NCBI RefSeq assembly: GCF_006345805.1
Contig: NC_043011.1
Coordinates: forward strand, 2,790,001-2,854,000
Origin: Octopus sinensis
Lineage: Eukaryota
Length of the DNA stretch: 64,000 bases
Direction: 5' to 3'
In this document: positions 39,071-51,546 of the stretch, piece after piece
Position numbering within the stretch: the stretch's first letter is position 1
Layout of the letters: every line of letters begins with the position of its first letter
Program-made: the position numbers and the translations under genes
Notes under the pieces: generated by a model
The model's input: the letters and a program-made list of their open reading frames with translations, nothing else
What the model was told of the DNA's origin: nothing
Database searches by the model: none

Positions 39071-39331
39071 TAATATATATATTAATGTTCGTTTTTATAT
39101 CCAGTTATAATAAGAACAATTGTACATTAATCTGAGGAGTTACTCCATACTTTTGTAGAGTATAAATTTATTATTCTTTAACAGGGATGGTATTGGCAGG
39201 GAATGATGAAGTCACTGACAACACTATTCTTGTTAGAGAAATTCATATATATAGATATATATATATATATATATATATACATACATATATATATATATAC
39301 ATATATATATACATATATATATATATACATA

Positions 39332-39373
<42 letters not shown>

Positions 39374-41291
39374 TACACACATATATATATATATACATAT
39401 ATGTAGACAAACACACAGAGGATCAGTGAGAGTATGCACTACATGCATACAGTAGCGCTAGTATAAGCTGTAGAGTGACTGGCATTAGAAAAGAAATCCA
39501 GCCAAAGAGACCATGCCAAAGCAGACAGTAAAGCATGATGCAGTTCTTGGAGCCATTGGATTCTGTCAAATCACCCAACCTATGCCAGTATGGAACATAG
39601 ACGTCAAATAATGTTGATGATGAATAACTCAGCCGTTTTTATTTGTTTCATCGTTTTTTATTCTTTGATTATTTTTTTTTGTGTGTGCGTGTGTGTGTTC
39701 AGTTTTCAATAGAGATTTACTGATTATATTGGGAACTTGGCGTCGACGAGCTGAGAGTGTTTTATGTTAGGTGCAAATGGTAGTTCTGTGGTAATTTTAT
39801 GTTTCAGAAGAGAATAACAACATAGCAATACTGAGTTCGAAAAAACCCCCCAAAAAAGCCCACCCATATTAACATTCACACATTTCTCACTACACAAACA
39901 CATATAAACACATACGTACACACACATGCACAAAATCATGTGAAATTGTGTTATGTAAATATATACTTTATGAGACCTTGCATTACTTATTGGTGCTGGG
40001 AATAAAATAAGAATAATTAAATTAAGTACATATGTTTGCATGCAGGTGCTTGTTTGTGTGTCTCCCCCTCACAAATATACATGCTCACATACATTCATAG
40101 AGACATGCATATATACATGCATACATGTATGCATACATAGGTACATGCATGCATACATACATACATACATACATACATAACTACATAGATAACTACATAC
40201 ATACATACATACATACATACAACATACATACATACAACATACATACATACATACATAACTACATACATACATACATAGCTACATACATACATACATACAT
40301 ACATACATAACTACATAGATAACTACATACATACATACATACATACATAACTACATACATGCATACATACATACATACATAACTATATACATACATACAT
40401 ACATACTACATACATACATAGCTACATACATACATACATACATACATACATACATACATACATACATACATAACTACATACATACATGTTATTACTGGAA
40501 AAAAAATTGAAAATCATTACAAATAACCAGAGTAAGTATGCGAGCAGAAAAAAATAATACGTTATAAGAGGCAATTTAAAAACATTTATCATTAAATTTT
40601 TGGCTGAAAACAAGAAAAGAACGATGACATAACCGTAAAGAAAAAATGTCAAAGCAATCAGGAAATAAAAGCAAACTTTCATAGTTTTTCTTAACAGAAA
40701 GAGACAAGAGATTCTGAAAGAAATAATTTTCACAGCTGAAGAACAATGGAGACAATCTAGTGTCAATCTCTTTTTACTTGGAATTCTTTATAGTCCACTG
40801 TTGTTTATAATGTTTCTCTTTTAGAATCTGTTCAGTTGAGTAAAACAGAGTATAGCGCTGTCATAGTTGTTCTTATTGTTATGGCTGTAGTGCCAAGTCA
40901 ACTCTGGTTCAGCAGACATTTGTTCAAAGACATTCTAGCAATGTCTTCAGATATAGTTTAATAAAAGTGATTACATTTTTAATGTGTCCTTCCTTTTCCC
41001 AGTCAGTGGGCTATATTCTGAGGAAAATTTGGCTACTATTTCTGCATTTTATTTGAATGGTGATTGGTTTGGGCATGTCATGTGATACTCTGCCATCATG
41101 TAGGGTTTACGAAAGAATTCATCTTGAAAGACCCACTCCTCTCCCAACTGTCACAACGCATAAAAAACTTCGCTCTACATTGGAAGCAAATGAAACTCTC
41201 ATTGATTGGTCAGTGCTGCTGTCATTGCTTACAGTGGAGATTTGCCCTTCCTCCTGAGTGGGAGATGAATTAAACCATGTTGAAAGAGTAT

Positions 41292-41322
<31 letters not shown>

Positions 41323-41655
41323 CTACCGTCATTGTCATCATTTACTTTCCATGTTCCATTTTGGTATGGGCTGGATGGTTTTACAGGATCGGACAAACCC
41401 AAGGACTGCATCATTCTCAGCTGTCTATTTTGGTATTAGTTTCTTTCTATGGCCAACCACTTTATACATTATTTCATGGCACTGGTACTGGTAATGTTGC
41501 TATGCAGCTTGCAAAACTATAAACCCTGAGAAAGCGACTTTCTGCTATGTATTTTGCTTTGTACGGTTCAACTTCTTCAGAATAAATGGTTACAAATGCA
41601 ACAAGTTGCATGCCTGTTTGATGCCTGATATCGATGTAAAAACTTTACTTTTACA

Positions 41656-41723
<68 letters not shown>

Positions 41724-42168
41724 GGACATATCTACAAGCATAAAGACAAAGAGAATGGAGTATGAAAAGTTGAGAGAATGTGAGACATATATTCAGTGAG
41801 GTAATGATGTGTTGACTGAGAGAGATTATCTCCTGCTGTTTATTGTTGGTCAATTAAAGAAAATTATACAACAATTGTGATTGGTGAACAACAACAAAGG
41901 AGATGTCAAAGAAAAAAAAATCAATCAGCAAAAAGCGAAAGCATGACCGTTCTTTTGAACCATTTCAAGCAATAAGACTCTTTGTCAAATTAATGACATC
42001 ATCACGAATAGAAGACTGGGAGACACTTGGCTGGGAACATACTAGGAGGAACAAAGTCACTGCATTTCCATACAGTATTACTTAAAGGATATGCATGCAA
42101 TGAAAGATAGAGAGAGAGAAAGGGTGTGTGTATATATAATCATCATTATTATCATTATTACTGTTATT

Positions 42169-42933
42169 AAGGCGGCGAGCTGGCAGAGTCATTAGCACGC
42201 CGGGCGAAATGCTTAGTGGTATTTCATCTGCTGCTACATTCTGAGTTCAAATTCCGCCAAGGTCGACTTTGCCTTTCATCCTTTCAGGGTCGATAAATTA
42301 TGTACCAGTTATGCACTAGGGTTGATATAATAGACTTAATCCGTTTGTCTGTCCTTGTTTGTCCTCTCTGTGTTTAGCCCTTTGTGGGTAGTAAAGAAAT
42401 AGGTATTTCGTCTGCCACTACGTTCTGAGTTCAAATTCCGCCGAGGTCAACTTTGCCTTTCATCCTTTCGGTGTCGATTAAATAAGTGCCAGTTATGCAC
42501 TGGGGTCGATATAATCGACTTAATTCGTTTGTCTGTCCTTGTTTGTCCTCTCTGTGTTTAGCCCCTTGTGGGCAGTAAAGAAATAGGTATTTCGTCTGCC
42601 GCTACATTCTGAGTTCAAATTCCGCCGAGGTCGACTTTGCCTTTCATCCTTTCAGGGGTCGATTAAATAAGTACCAGTTACACACTGGGGTCGATATAAT
42701 CGACTTAATCCGTTTGTCTATCCTTGTTTGTCCTCTCTGTGTTTAGCCCCTTGTGGGTAGTAAAGAAATAGGTATTTCGTCTGTCTTCAAGTTCTAAGCT
42801 CAAAAGCTACCAGGGTCGACTTTGTCTTTCATCCTTTCGAGGTTGATCAATACCATTTAGACACTGGAGATGATGTAATCGACTAGTCTCCTTCTCCAAA
42901 ATGTCAGGCCTTGTGCCTATAGTAGAAAGGATT
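42169..42933 (+). mobile_element. SINE family B tandem array: one head, three (core + tail-1) units of about 185 bp, and a final (core + tail-2) unit
   Basis: Every junction reads aaagaaata-ggtatttcgtctg; a single 15-bp TSD attattactgttatt (42154-42168, 42934-42948) encloses the whole array. Confidence 0.9.
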
Positions 42934-42948
42934 ATTATTACTGTTATT

Positions 42949-43303
42949 CATCATCATCATCATCGTTTAACGTCCGCTTTCCATGCTAGCATGGGTTGGA
43001 AGGTTCAGCTGGGGTCTGGGAAGCCAGGAGGCTGCACCAGCCCAGTCTTATCTGGTAGAGTTTCTACAGCTGGATGCCCTTCCTAACGCCAATTACTCCA
43101 TGAGTGTAGTGGGTGCTTTTTTTGTACCACCGGCACAGGTGCCAGGCGAGGCTGGCAATGGCCGTGATCAGATGGTGCTTTTTACATGCCACCGGCACGG
43201 AGGCCAGTCAGGGTGGTGCTGGCAACGGCCACGTTTGGATGGTCCTCTTACGTGCCACCGTCACTGGTATCACAACTACAATTTCCATTGATTTTTATTT
43301 GAT
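42949..43303 (-). mobile_element. RTE family R2 3' UTR with (GAT)n tail
   Basis: Matches 54501-54860. Confidence 0.85.
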
Positions 43304-43340
43304 TATTATTTAAAACATTTCACTTTAACCCCAAGTGACC

Positions 43341-43455
43341 TAAAGTTCTGTAGGCTTCTTACAGAAACCTCGCTCATCAGACTCAGTTCACTGATTAACT
43401 CAGCTAACTGAGCCCTATGAGCTAGGTTTCTGTATAAGAAGCCTACGAAACTTTA
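43341..43455. other. Long imperfect hairpin (48/50-nt arms, 17-nt loop); MITE or hairpin RNA
   Basis: taaagttctgtaggcttcttacagaaacctcgctcat...ctcagtt pairs with aactgag...atgagctaggtttctgtataagaagcctacgaaacttta; TA at both ends. Confidence 0.7.
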
Positions 43456-43989
43456 AGTTGTACGGGGCCAAATCACATCGCTTTACATAATAACACTGTG
43501 AAACAAAATTTAATTCTTTTTTGTCTTTAGTCAGTAAGTGTTATTTTCTATTTGCTTCTATTTAGAAATCAAAAAGAAATTACTACTATTCTTCTCAAAC
43601 CTTACTTTTGTCACCTGGTCATCAATGTTTTGAAACAGATCTATTTCCCATTTCACAGAGATTCAGCATTGAGTTACTGAAGCAGAAATATTGTTATTGC
43701 AAATGTTCTGCTCAATACTGCAGATTTGTTTGTCAGTTGCTTAACCTTAACCTCTTGAGCATGTCCTTTAACGGCTGACAATATATGCATCTCTGAAGAT
43801 GAGCAGGAGTATTGAGTGAGTGAGTATCATAGCCATGTGTTGAGAGGGATTATTCGGAGTTTGAATAAATCTAACAAAAGCAAATTTTGAAGGAAATATT
43901 CGTCCTTTTTCATACTTTCTAGTGGTAAGCAAATAGGAAATAACAGCTGCTATCCAAGGACAAAATTCGTGTTATGCCTAACTCATCAT

Positions 43990-44300
43990 AAAGTCAATAC
44001 CACCATGACTGATATCCAATCTACAGTGGAGAAGGCTAGCCACTGGATTTGGTTTAAAAGAGACGATGAGCGATGGCGAGAAGGATATTGAGCTTGATTT
44101 GATAACCAGCTGATCTAGCAAGCGGGGCCTCATATCAGTGAGTGGGGCTGGTGCACATTGATGCCGTCGAGAGGTAGGCCCCGAAATGGTGCGCATTCTC
44201 TCCTGATGACCCCATACACTTGCTGGCTTCCAGTATACGGAGCTTTTGACTGGTAGCACTTGCATGTGCAAGTTGTTTGCAAGACATATAATATTTGTAA
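43990..44300 (+). mobile_element. 3' fragment of a HERO-like (RLE) non-LTR retrotransposon
   Basis: DIQSTVEKASHWIWFKRDDERW* matches the HERO C-terminal ExASxWIWLKR motif; followed by a GC-richer 3' UTR. Confidence 0.65.
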
Positions 44301-44692
44301 CTCCTACTAAATGAGTCGAGTGACTCCTTTTGTTTTTCCACACACACAAACACACACACACACTCACACACATACACACACACACACACATGCAGTGTTG
44401 GTGAGGACATGCATACATACTGAGCAGATGAAAAGATATATATAGAATGACAGTAACAGAAAATATAACCTCTCATTTGATTACACTATTGACCTGGTCA
44501 TCCTCATTTTATCTTAAATCAATATTTGTTTAGTAATATATTTAAATTCTCTTGTCATTTGCTTCAGAACGTTTGTACATGTGCATGTGCACACACATAC
44601 ACACACGTGCACGAGCATGCACATGTGTGTGTATGCTTGTATGCCTGTCTTTGTGTGTGAAATCTGCATTCAGAATATTGATGGTTAATATT

Positions 44693-44832
44693 TTGGCGTT
44701 AGGAAGGGCATCCAGCCGTAGAAACACTTCCAGATCAGACTGGAGCCTGGTGCAGCCTTCCGGCTTCACAGACCCCAGTTGAACCGTCCAACCCATGCTA
44801 GCATGGAAAGCGGACGCTAAATGATGATGATG
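44693..44832 (+). mobile_element. RTE family R2 3' UTR fragment
   Basis: ttggcgttaggaagggcatcc...ggacgctaaatgatgatgatg. Confidence 0.8.
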
Positions 44833-44904
44833 AAGACTAAAATGCTGCAATTAATTTATCTGGTGCTCTGCGGAATCTGATATAGAAATAATATTACAAT
44901 AGCT

Positions 44905-45155
44905 CTTATCTTTTACTCGTTTCAGTCAATGGACTGTGACCATGCTGGGGCACAGCCTTGAGGAATTTTAGTCAGCTCATTGACCACAGTACTTGTTATT
45001 TTTTTCTCAAAGCAGGGTACCTATTTTATCAGTCCCTTTTGTCTAACTGCTATGTTACAGAGATGTAAACACACCAACAATGGTTGTCAAGCAAGAGTAG
45101 GAGATAAACAGAGGCACAAAGACACACACATGCACACACATACACACACATACAC

Positions 45156-45186
<31 letters not shown>

Positions 45187-45548
45187 TATATAAAAGTTTA
45201 AAAAATAGAGGTTTAAAAAGTCACCTTAAGGGATAGAAAATATCCAATGAATAACTGGTTTGTTGGCTATTATTTTGTTGTGAATAGTAATATTCCTAAA
45301 ATGATAAGTTTAAATATAAATCTTGGTTTATAGATATTCGAATTAAAATCCAGAAAATGGATAAGTAGCATTAATATAATTTATATTAATGCTACTTATC
45401 CATTTTCTGGATTTTAATGTGTGTATATATATATATATAGCTCTTTTGTCTTAATAACAGTCAGTCACAGTAATTTCCCTTTGTTTAACGGTCATTTTCA
45501 AAGCATTTTTTTGATGGCCATTTTATTATGGCTACCAAATAATTGTCA

Positions 45549-45593
<45 letters not shown>

Positions 45594-45800
45594 CACACAT
45601 ACACACACACACACACATATATATATATATCACTGACAGGCTTCTTTTCAGTTTCCATTGACCAAATCCACCCACAAGGCTTTGGTCAGCCCAGGGCTAT
45701 AGGAAAAGATACTTGCTCAAGGTGCTATGCAGTGTTACTGAACCTGGAGCCATGTAGTTGGAACACAAACTTCTCACCACACAGTCACACCTGTGCCTAT
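44905..45800 (-). mobile_element. Old SINE family A copy, split by about 370 bp of unrelated sequence
   Basis: Diverged tail half 44905-45120 and head half 45630-45800. Confidence 0.65.
45342..45418. repeat. Perfect 77-bp palindrome (38-bp arms, 1-nt centre)
   Basis: attaaaatccagaaaatggataagtagcattaatataa-t-ttatattaatgctacttatccattttctggattttaat. Confidence 0.95.
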
Positions 45801-47889
45801 GTCACGCCTCCACCTATAAGGAGGAAAATTTTCATTTACTTGAAAATGAAATACTTCCAAATGCTTCAAATGTATTTTAACAAACGATACATAATACTTA
45901 ATAATAATGTATTGAGAATATCATCTTACTGCTCTGAGCAGTATTTTAGGAAAGCTTTATAAACATGGTAACTTTATCAGATGAAACCCTCTGCTTTGCT
46001 GGACAATGTTTTTAGTTTTAACCCTTCTCAGTAGTTTCGTGTATCTCTACCATGCATCAAACAATCGCTCCAATCTCAGAAAAATTTGAAATCAAGAGAA
46101 AGTAGTCATGGTCTGCATTGGGTAAAAGTTTTTTTCAGAGGTGAAGTGAAAAACTGAATTGCTGAATGCTGGTCATTCTTCGAAACCAGCTGCAGATTTT
46201 CAATCAGCAGTGACTGTGTTTCCTTACCACACAATTTCTTATTTCAATCTACAAGACTTCAACCATTATTAACTCTGTGCTAGGAAAGTAAATAACTTTC
46301 CTTGTGGCAAAGAACGTATTCATGCCTAGATGTTCAACACTGAAATATATAGAAAACAGTTACGTAGCTGTTGTGATTAACAAAGCTCGCTGATTTCTTC
46401 CCAAAAGTTATATCTAGTTAGATGTAAAGATTCAATATACAACATTGTCATGATGCAAATTACTTAGAATGATCTAACACAATATTTTCTTCCTATTTCT
46501 CTTTTCTTAACTCATTTATTACTTCACACCTGTGACTCACAGTTGCATTACGCAGAAAATTCCACATAAATGCTATGCCAATGTAAAGAATAATACATAT
46601 TATAGCACTAAATATATATCATGATTGAGCTTTTGCCTTTATTATTATATTTTCAGATCTGAAGAAATTATTTTCTTTTTTTCTTAATACTTATCATTAT
46701 TTCATAATTCAGCAAATTATTATTACCACTTCAGTTTTTATCACTTTGGATTTTTATGATACTGTTTTCCTTTTTGATTTTGTTTTTCCAATCCGAATTA
46801 ATGTATTGTGTCCTTACAACCCATAAAGAAAGTTGTTGCTATGTTGTCTGTGTTTACCGTATTAATGTTTGATTGGTTGCATCTAGTCATATAGTTATTG
46901 CATTCCCCATGGTGCTTGTCAAGATTTATCTCCTAATATAATGATATTGTCATTTGTCTACAGTATGTGTTATAAATACTTCATGCTTGGTTATTTTCTT
47001 GCATATAAAGCAAATGACATATTTTGTAACAATCGTTAACTGTTCAACTATATTAATGAATAAACTTAACTATTTTTATCCATCAAATTTATTGAATATA
47101 AATTTGATTTAAACCTTAAAACTCTACAACTATACCACTCTCCATTCTATATCTTTTAGTACTAAATGTGTCTTCAAAATTTCATTTGTGTTTACTTTTG
47201 TTTCAAATTGCATTTCAAATAGAATGAAATGAAATCATTTCATATCACTTCAAAGGATTCAGAAAGTAACCAATTATTTAGATTCTTTGTGTACAACACT
47301 TTTTCTCTAATCATTAGTACTAAATGTTTAAAAAACTTTCTTCTTCTTTGGAAAGTTAGATAGTGATACTTCAATAGACCTATCAGTTTCAGCTTTCCAA
47401 AGCTGATTGTCAAATCTGATTAGTTGAGTAGATAAATTGTACAAACAAATGAAAAATGGTTTATTCTCATTACTTCACTCAATTACCTTATAACCAAGAA
47501 CTATGGTTAATTAGTTTGGTTTTATTTAAGTAGCACTGGCTTTGCCAAAATCTAATTCTCTGGAGATTTAGACAAAATATACTCGAGTCATCATAAACCT
47601 CTACTTACTAGTAATTTAACAATTTAATGAAAGAGTATGAAATCATCGTTTAGCCTAAAAAATCAAAGCAGGAAGCAAAACATTTGTTAAAAAGTAGATG
47701 GTTACCATAATGCCTTTAAATTGGATTTACTCAACTATATTCAACAATCATGTCAGACAGATAATTGGAAGATGTTTATGGTATAGTTGCTCTGTTGCAC
47801 TTTCTGATTTGAATCACATCACAGTTCTTTTGATTTTGAGTTTCTTATAAATATTTGAATTTTAAACATATATTTATTTTATGTATTCA

Positions 47890-47968
<79 letters not shown>

Positions 47969-47990
47969 CATACATACATACATACATACA

Positions 47991-48021
<31 letters not shown>

Positions 48022-50212
48022 GTTTGATATTTAATTATTTTCAAATTCCCTTGTGACATAATTAATTTCTTTGAACTTCTGTTTTGATTCCAGTTGTGGT
48101 TTCAATCAATTTGGGATTTGAATCAAATTTCATCACATTTATATTTAAATGCTATTATCAACATCAGATCTCAAGGTTCCCTCAAACAAACATTAAATCA
48201 ATGATTTAACACTATTTGTATTCTTGCAAAGTTTAAACAATTGGCGGGTGCAGACTTGCCTGTGTACCACATGGATGCAGGTTTGATAGTTCTGTGGTTC
48301 CTTAGATAAATGCCTTCTACCATCCCTCATCAAGATTTACTCATGGAGGAGTTAGAGTCGATTACCTTAGCTGTGGTCATAGTGCTGCACTAGTGGGGAG
48401 AATATGAACAGAATATATAGAGCAGTGCTTTCAATATATTAATCCTTTTCTTACCTTCATTCATTAGTATATATGATAGTTGTCATCATGACACGTGTGT
48501 TGATATATTTATACAGCAGAAAATATAATAGTAATTATAATCACGACAATATAGTAGTAAATACATTAGCAATGATAATTACATACACTAATTAATTTAT
48601 GAAAGAGTAAATGTAAAACTAATACATTAATTACAATGATGACAATAAATTTCTTCCTACCTTCTCAGATAGACTAGTTACTGTTCCATGCTTTTGCCGA
48701 GATATCTTGCATTAAATGAATGACACACTCTATAAAATCACTGAGAGTACAGCCCTTCTCAGTTCTAACGCCCGTAATCTTTCAGTGCAGGTTTTGTATC
48801 AAATAATAATGGAATTAATTATACATTTTTTAACATAAATGAAATCAGATTTTTTTTTATGCTGTTGTTATTTCTTAGCCTTCTGTTAATTTTAAGCAAA
48901 TAGTCTTGTGAAAACAATTTGAAGCAAAGATAAAAGTCTATTTTTCCAGACATAATATCCCATTGCAAAGTGGGGAACCCCACTGCTATATTCTCATATA
49001 TGCAGTGAGGAGCACACTGACCCAGTTTTGGAATATTGTATTTTTTCCATGGTCTAATCTGTCTTTGTATGTCTGTTGTTGTTGCTGTTGTTGTTAAGCT
49101 GCAATTAAGCCATGATCAAGCAGATCTATGTTTCAAATGCCTTTTAGTTTTATTCTTATTGATCCAGCGGAAATTGCTATTTTCAAGACAACAAAATATG
49201 TTCTTAAGGAGTTTTGGTTGTTATTTTAATCCGACCAGCAATTAATAAAATTTTTGTCCTTAGCTGTAAGTTCTGATGGAGGTAACACTAGTGTTTGGCA
49301 GATGTTATTTCTTTGGGTGTCCAGTAAATTCATTATTATAAGATTTGCATGAGTAATACGATGAGGTAAATACACAGCCTGTAATTTTATTGCCTGGTAA
49401 TTTCATTACAGTGTAGTTACATCATGTGCCAAAACAATATCGATAAATTCTTTGTCATGCCAAATACATCTGCAGTAAATTCATTGTCATGTTTTTTATC
49501 TTCAGCGTAAATGCATCACTAAACATTATTTAAAGCTTTTATTCACACAGTAAATATGTCACATTTCATTAACATTGTATAAGAAATTCAATGACAAACA
49601 TTCATTTATCTCAGATTTACTCAATATTCACAAGAGAAAATAGAAATCAAAGTTACATTTAAAAATGAACTCAAAACAAAAATAAAATATGCAGCTAAAA
49701 GATGACACTATTTTAAATTGTAGAATAGAAAAAATTTACTGAATTCCTCTTAAATAATCTAGTATCACAATTTTTGAGGATGCATTGAAATGTTGCACTT
49801 CAATATTTTATATTTCTTTTTTATAATATAAAATTTCTGCTGCCTCAATAGAGTGTTCCAATGTTTCTTTCTTTCTTGATTATTTCTTATCCAAGGTTAC
49901 TGAAAATTTCCAAATCATAGGATGGAAATTCTAGTCTTTGAATTTCTTTTAATGAAATGTGATGCATCTATTTACTCTATAAAAATTTCAATAATATTCA
50001 GCAATGAAATTACTCAGTGAATAAAAAGCATGATGATGAATTTACAAATGATCTATTGGATAACAATATAATTGATATGTAATTAAATTACAGGTGATGT
50101 ATTTACAACAATGTAATTACTTACAATAAATTACCTGAATGAGTTTACTGTGAGTCATTTCTAGCACTAACTTCAGAGGCACCTGTCTGCACGGATTATT
50201 GATGCTGCTGCT

Positions 50213-50585
50213 TGTTTGTTTGTTGAGCTAAGCGGTCTTCATCCCATTAGTGGGAGAAGTCTGAAATGTGGTCCTTTACTATTCATAAGACCCGCAGAAG
50301 AGAAAGCAGGTCAACCCCCGACACCAAAAGCATCGACGGATGGATGAATGTACATCCAGGCTCAGCGGTTGCATAGGAAGTCGGGAACAAGAAACAGGAA
50401 GAAAGAGTGAGAGAAAGTTGGAGCGAAAGAGTACAACAGGGGTCGCCACCACCCCCTGCCAGAGCCTCGTGGAGCTTTAGGTGTTTTTGCTCAATAAACA
50501 CACACAGCACCCGGTCTGGGAGTCGAAACCGCGATCCTTCGACCGTGAGTCCACTGCCCTAACCATTGGGCCATTGCGCCTCCAC
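50213..50585 (-). mobile_element. SINE family C, tail type 2
   Basis: Same head and body as 22441-22736; TSD tgatgctgctgct at 50200-50212 and 50586-50598. Confidence 0.9.
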
Positions 50586-51057
50586 TGATGCTGCTGCTAT
50601 TGTCATGACCTTGTGATTAAGGTAGTACTAGTTGGAATCAGAAATATGCCCAGGTGTTTGAAGGTTAAGTATCATTAGGGATGCACTTGGCTCTGGCAGT
50701 AACTTGTGCCCATTGTCAAGAAACCTTTATTTTTTATGCTTTTATTCAATTGTTTAAGGTAATTTATGAGTTCTCTGTGTGCAACATGTGAAGATATGAT
50801 GATTGGTATGTTTTTTTTTCATTTGTGGTTTCTTGTTATAAAAGGAGATTGATAAAAGTAATGTAAGACTAGAATAATCCATAAGGAATGTATTGTATTG
50901 CTTGTATAATGGTGGTGCTTCTTTATGTCAACCAAATGTGGTGCCAGTGAGTGGGGTGTGCATGAATTTGCTTTCTTGATTGTCTTCTGTGAGTTCTGTA
51001 AATAATAGAAAAGTATTGGAAATAATTCATAATGTTGGTGCTTGCAAATACTCCATA

Positions 51058-51091
<34 letters not shown>

Positions 51092-51546
51092 TAAAGGTTT
51101 TTTTACAAAAAGTACTTGATACAATTACAATTTTAAGAAAGGTTTTCTTAGAAGTCATCTATCTGAAAATAGTTTTTGTAAAACTGAATGGCACGAGACT
51201 TTTGGGAAGAAGCTTTTATACTGTGTGTATTGTGTGTAAGCGCTTTCATTGTCCCACTTTTCAAATACACACTTATCCATATAGAGGAAGCTGTATTTAG
51301 AAATGGTGTTAACCCTTTCTGGTTTAGTTTCAGATTTAGAATTTTCTTATAAAATATTGTGCTTTTGTCTTTCTCAGTTGATCATTTTTATCTTTTATTT
51401 TGATAAAAAGAAATATTTTGATTTTTGGATTTGGTTTGCAAGATTCTTTATATGAGTTTGTGCGTTGAAGCATATTCTTTGGTGTCTGGAGAGAGTCATT
51501 TTCTTTCAGTGCCTTATTATTTAACACACTCACCAGTAAAAAAATC

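Noticed and set aside
2130-39073. Recurrent ORFs MLGGQTQTH…RHWSARGYSRRHLPKMP… and MSSNARGTNTDTQT…
   Set aside because: Chance frames in SINE family A copies, not a gene family
42169-42933. Regularly spaced repeats as a possible CRISPR array
   Set aside because: About 185-bp units without unique spacers, eukaryotic context, no cas genes
44150-44220. Hammerhead-like TGATG…CGAAAT…CTGATGA in the HERO-like 3' UTR
   Set aside because: Core residues and stems too degenerate to call
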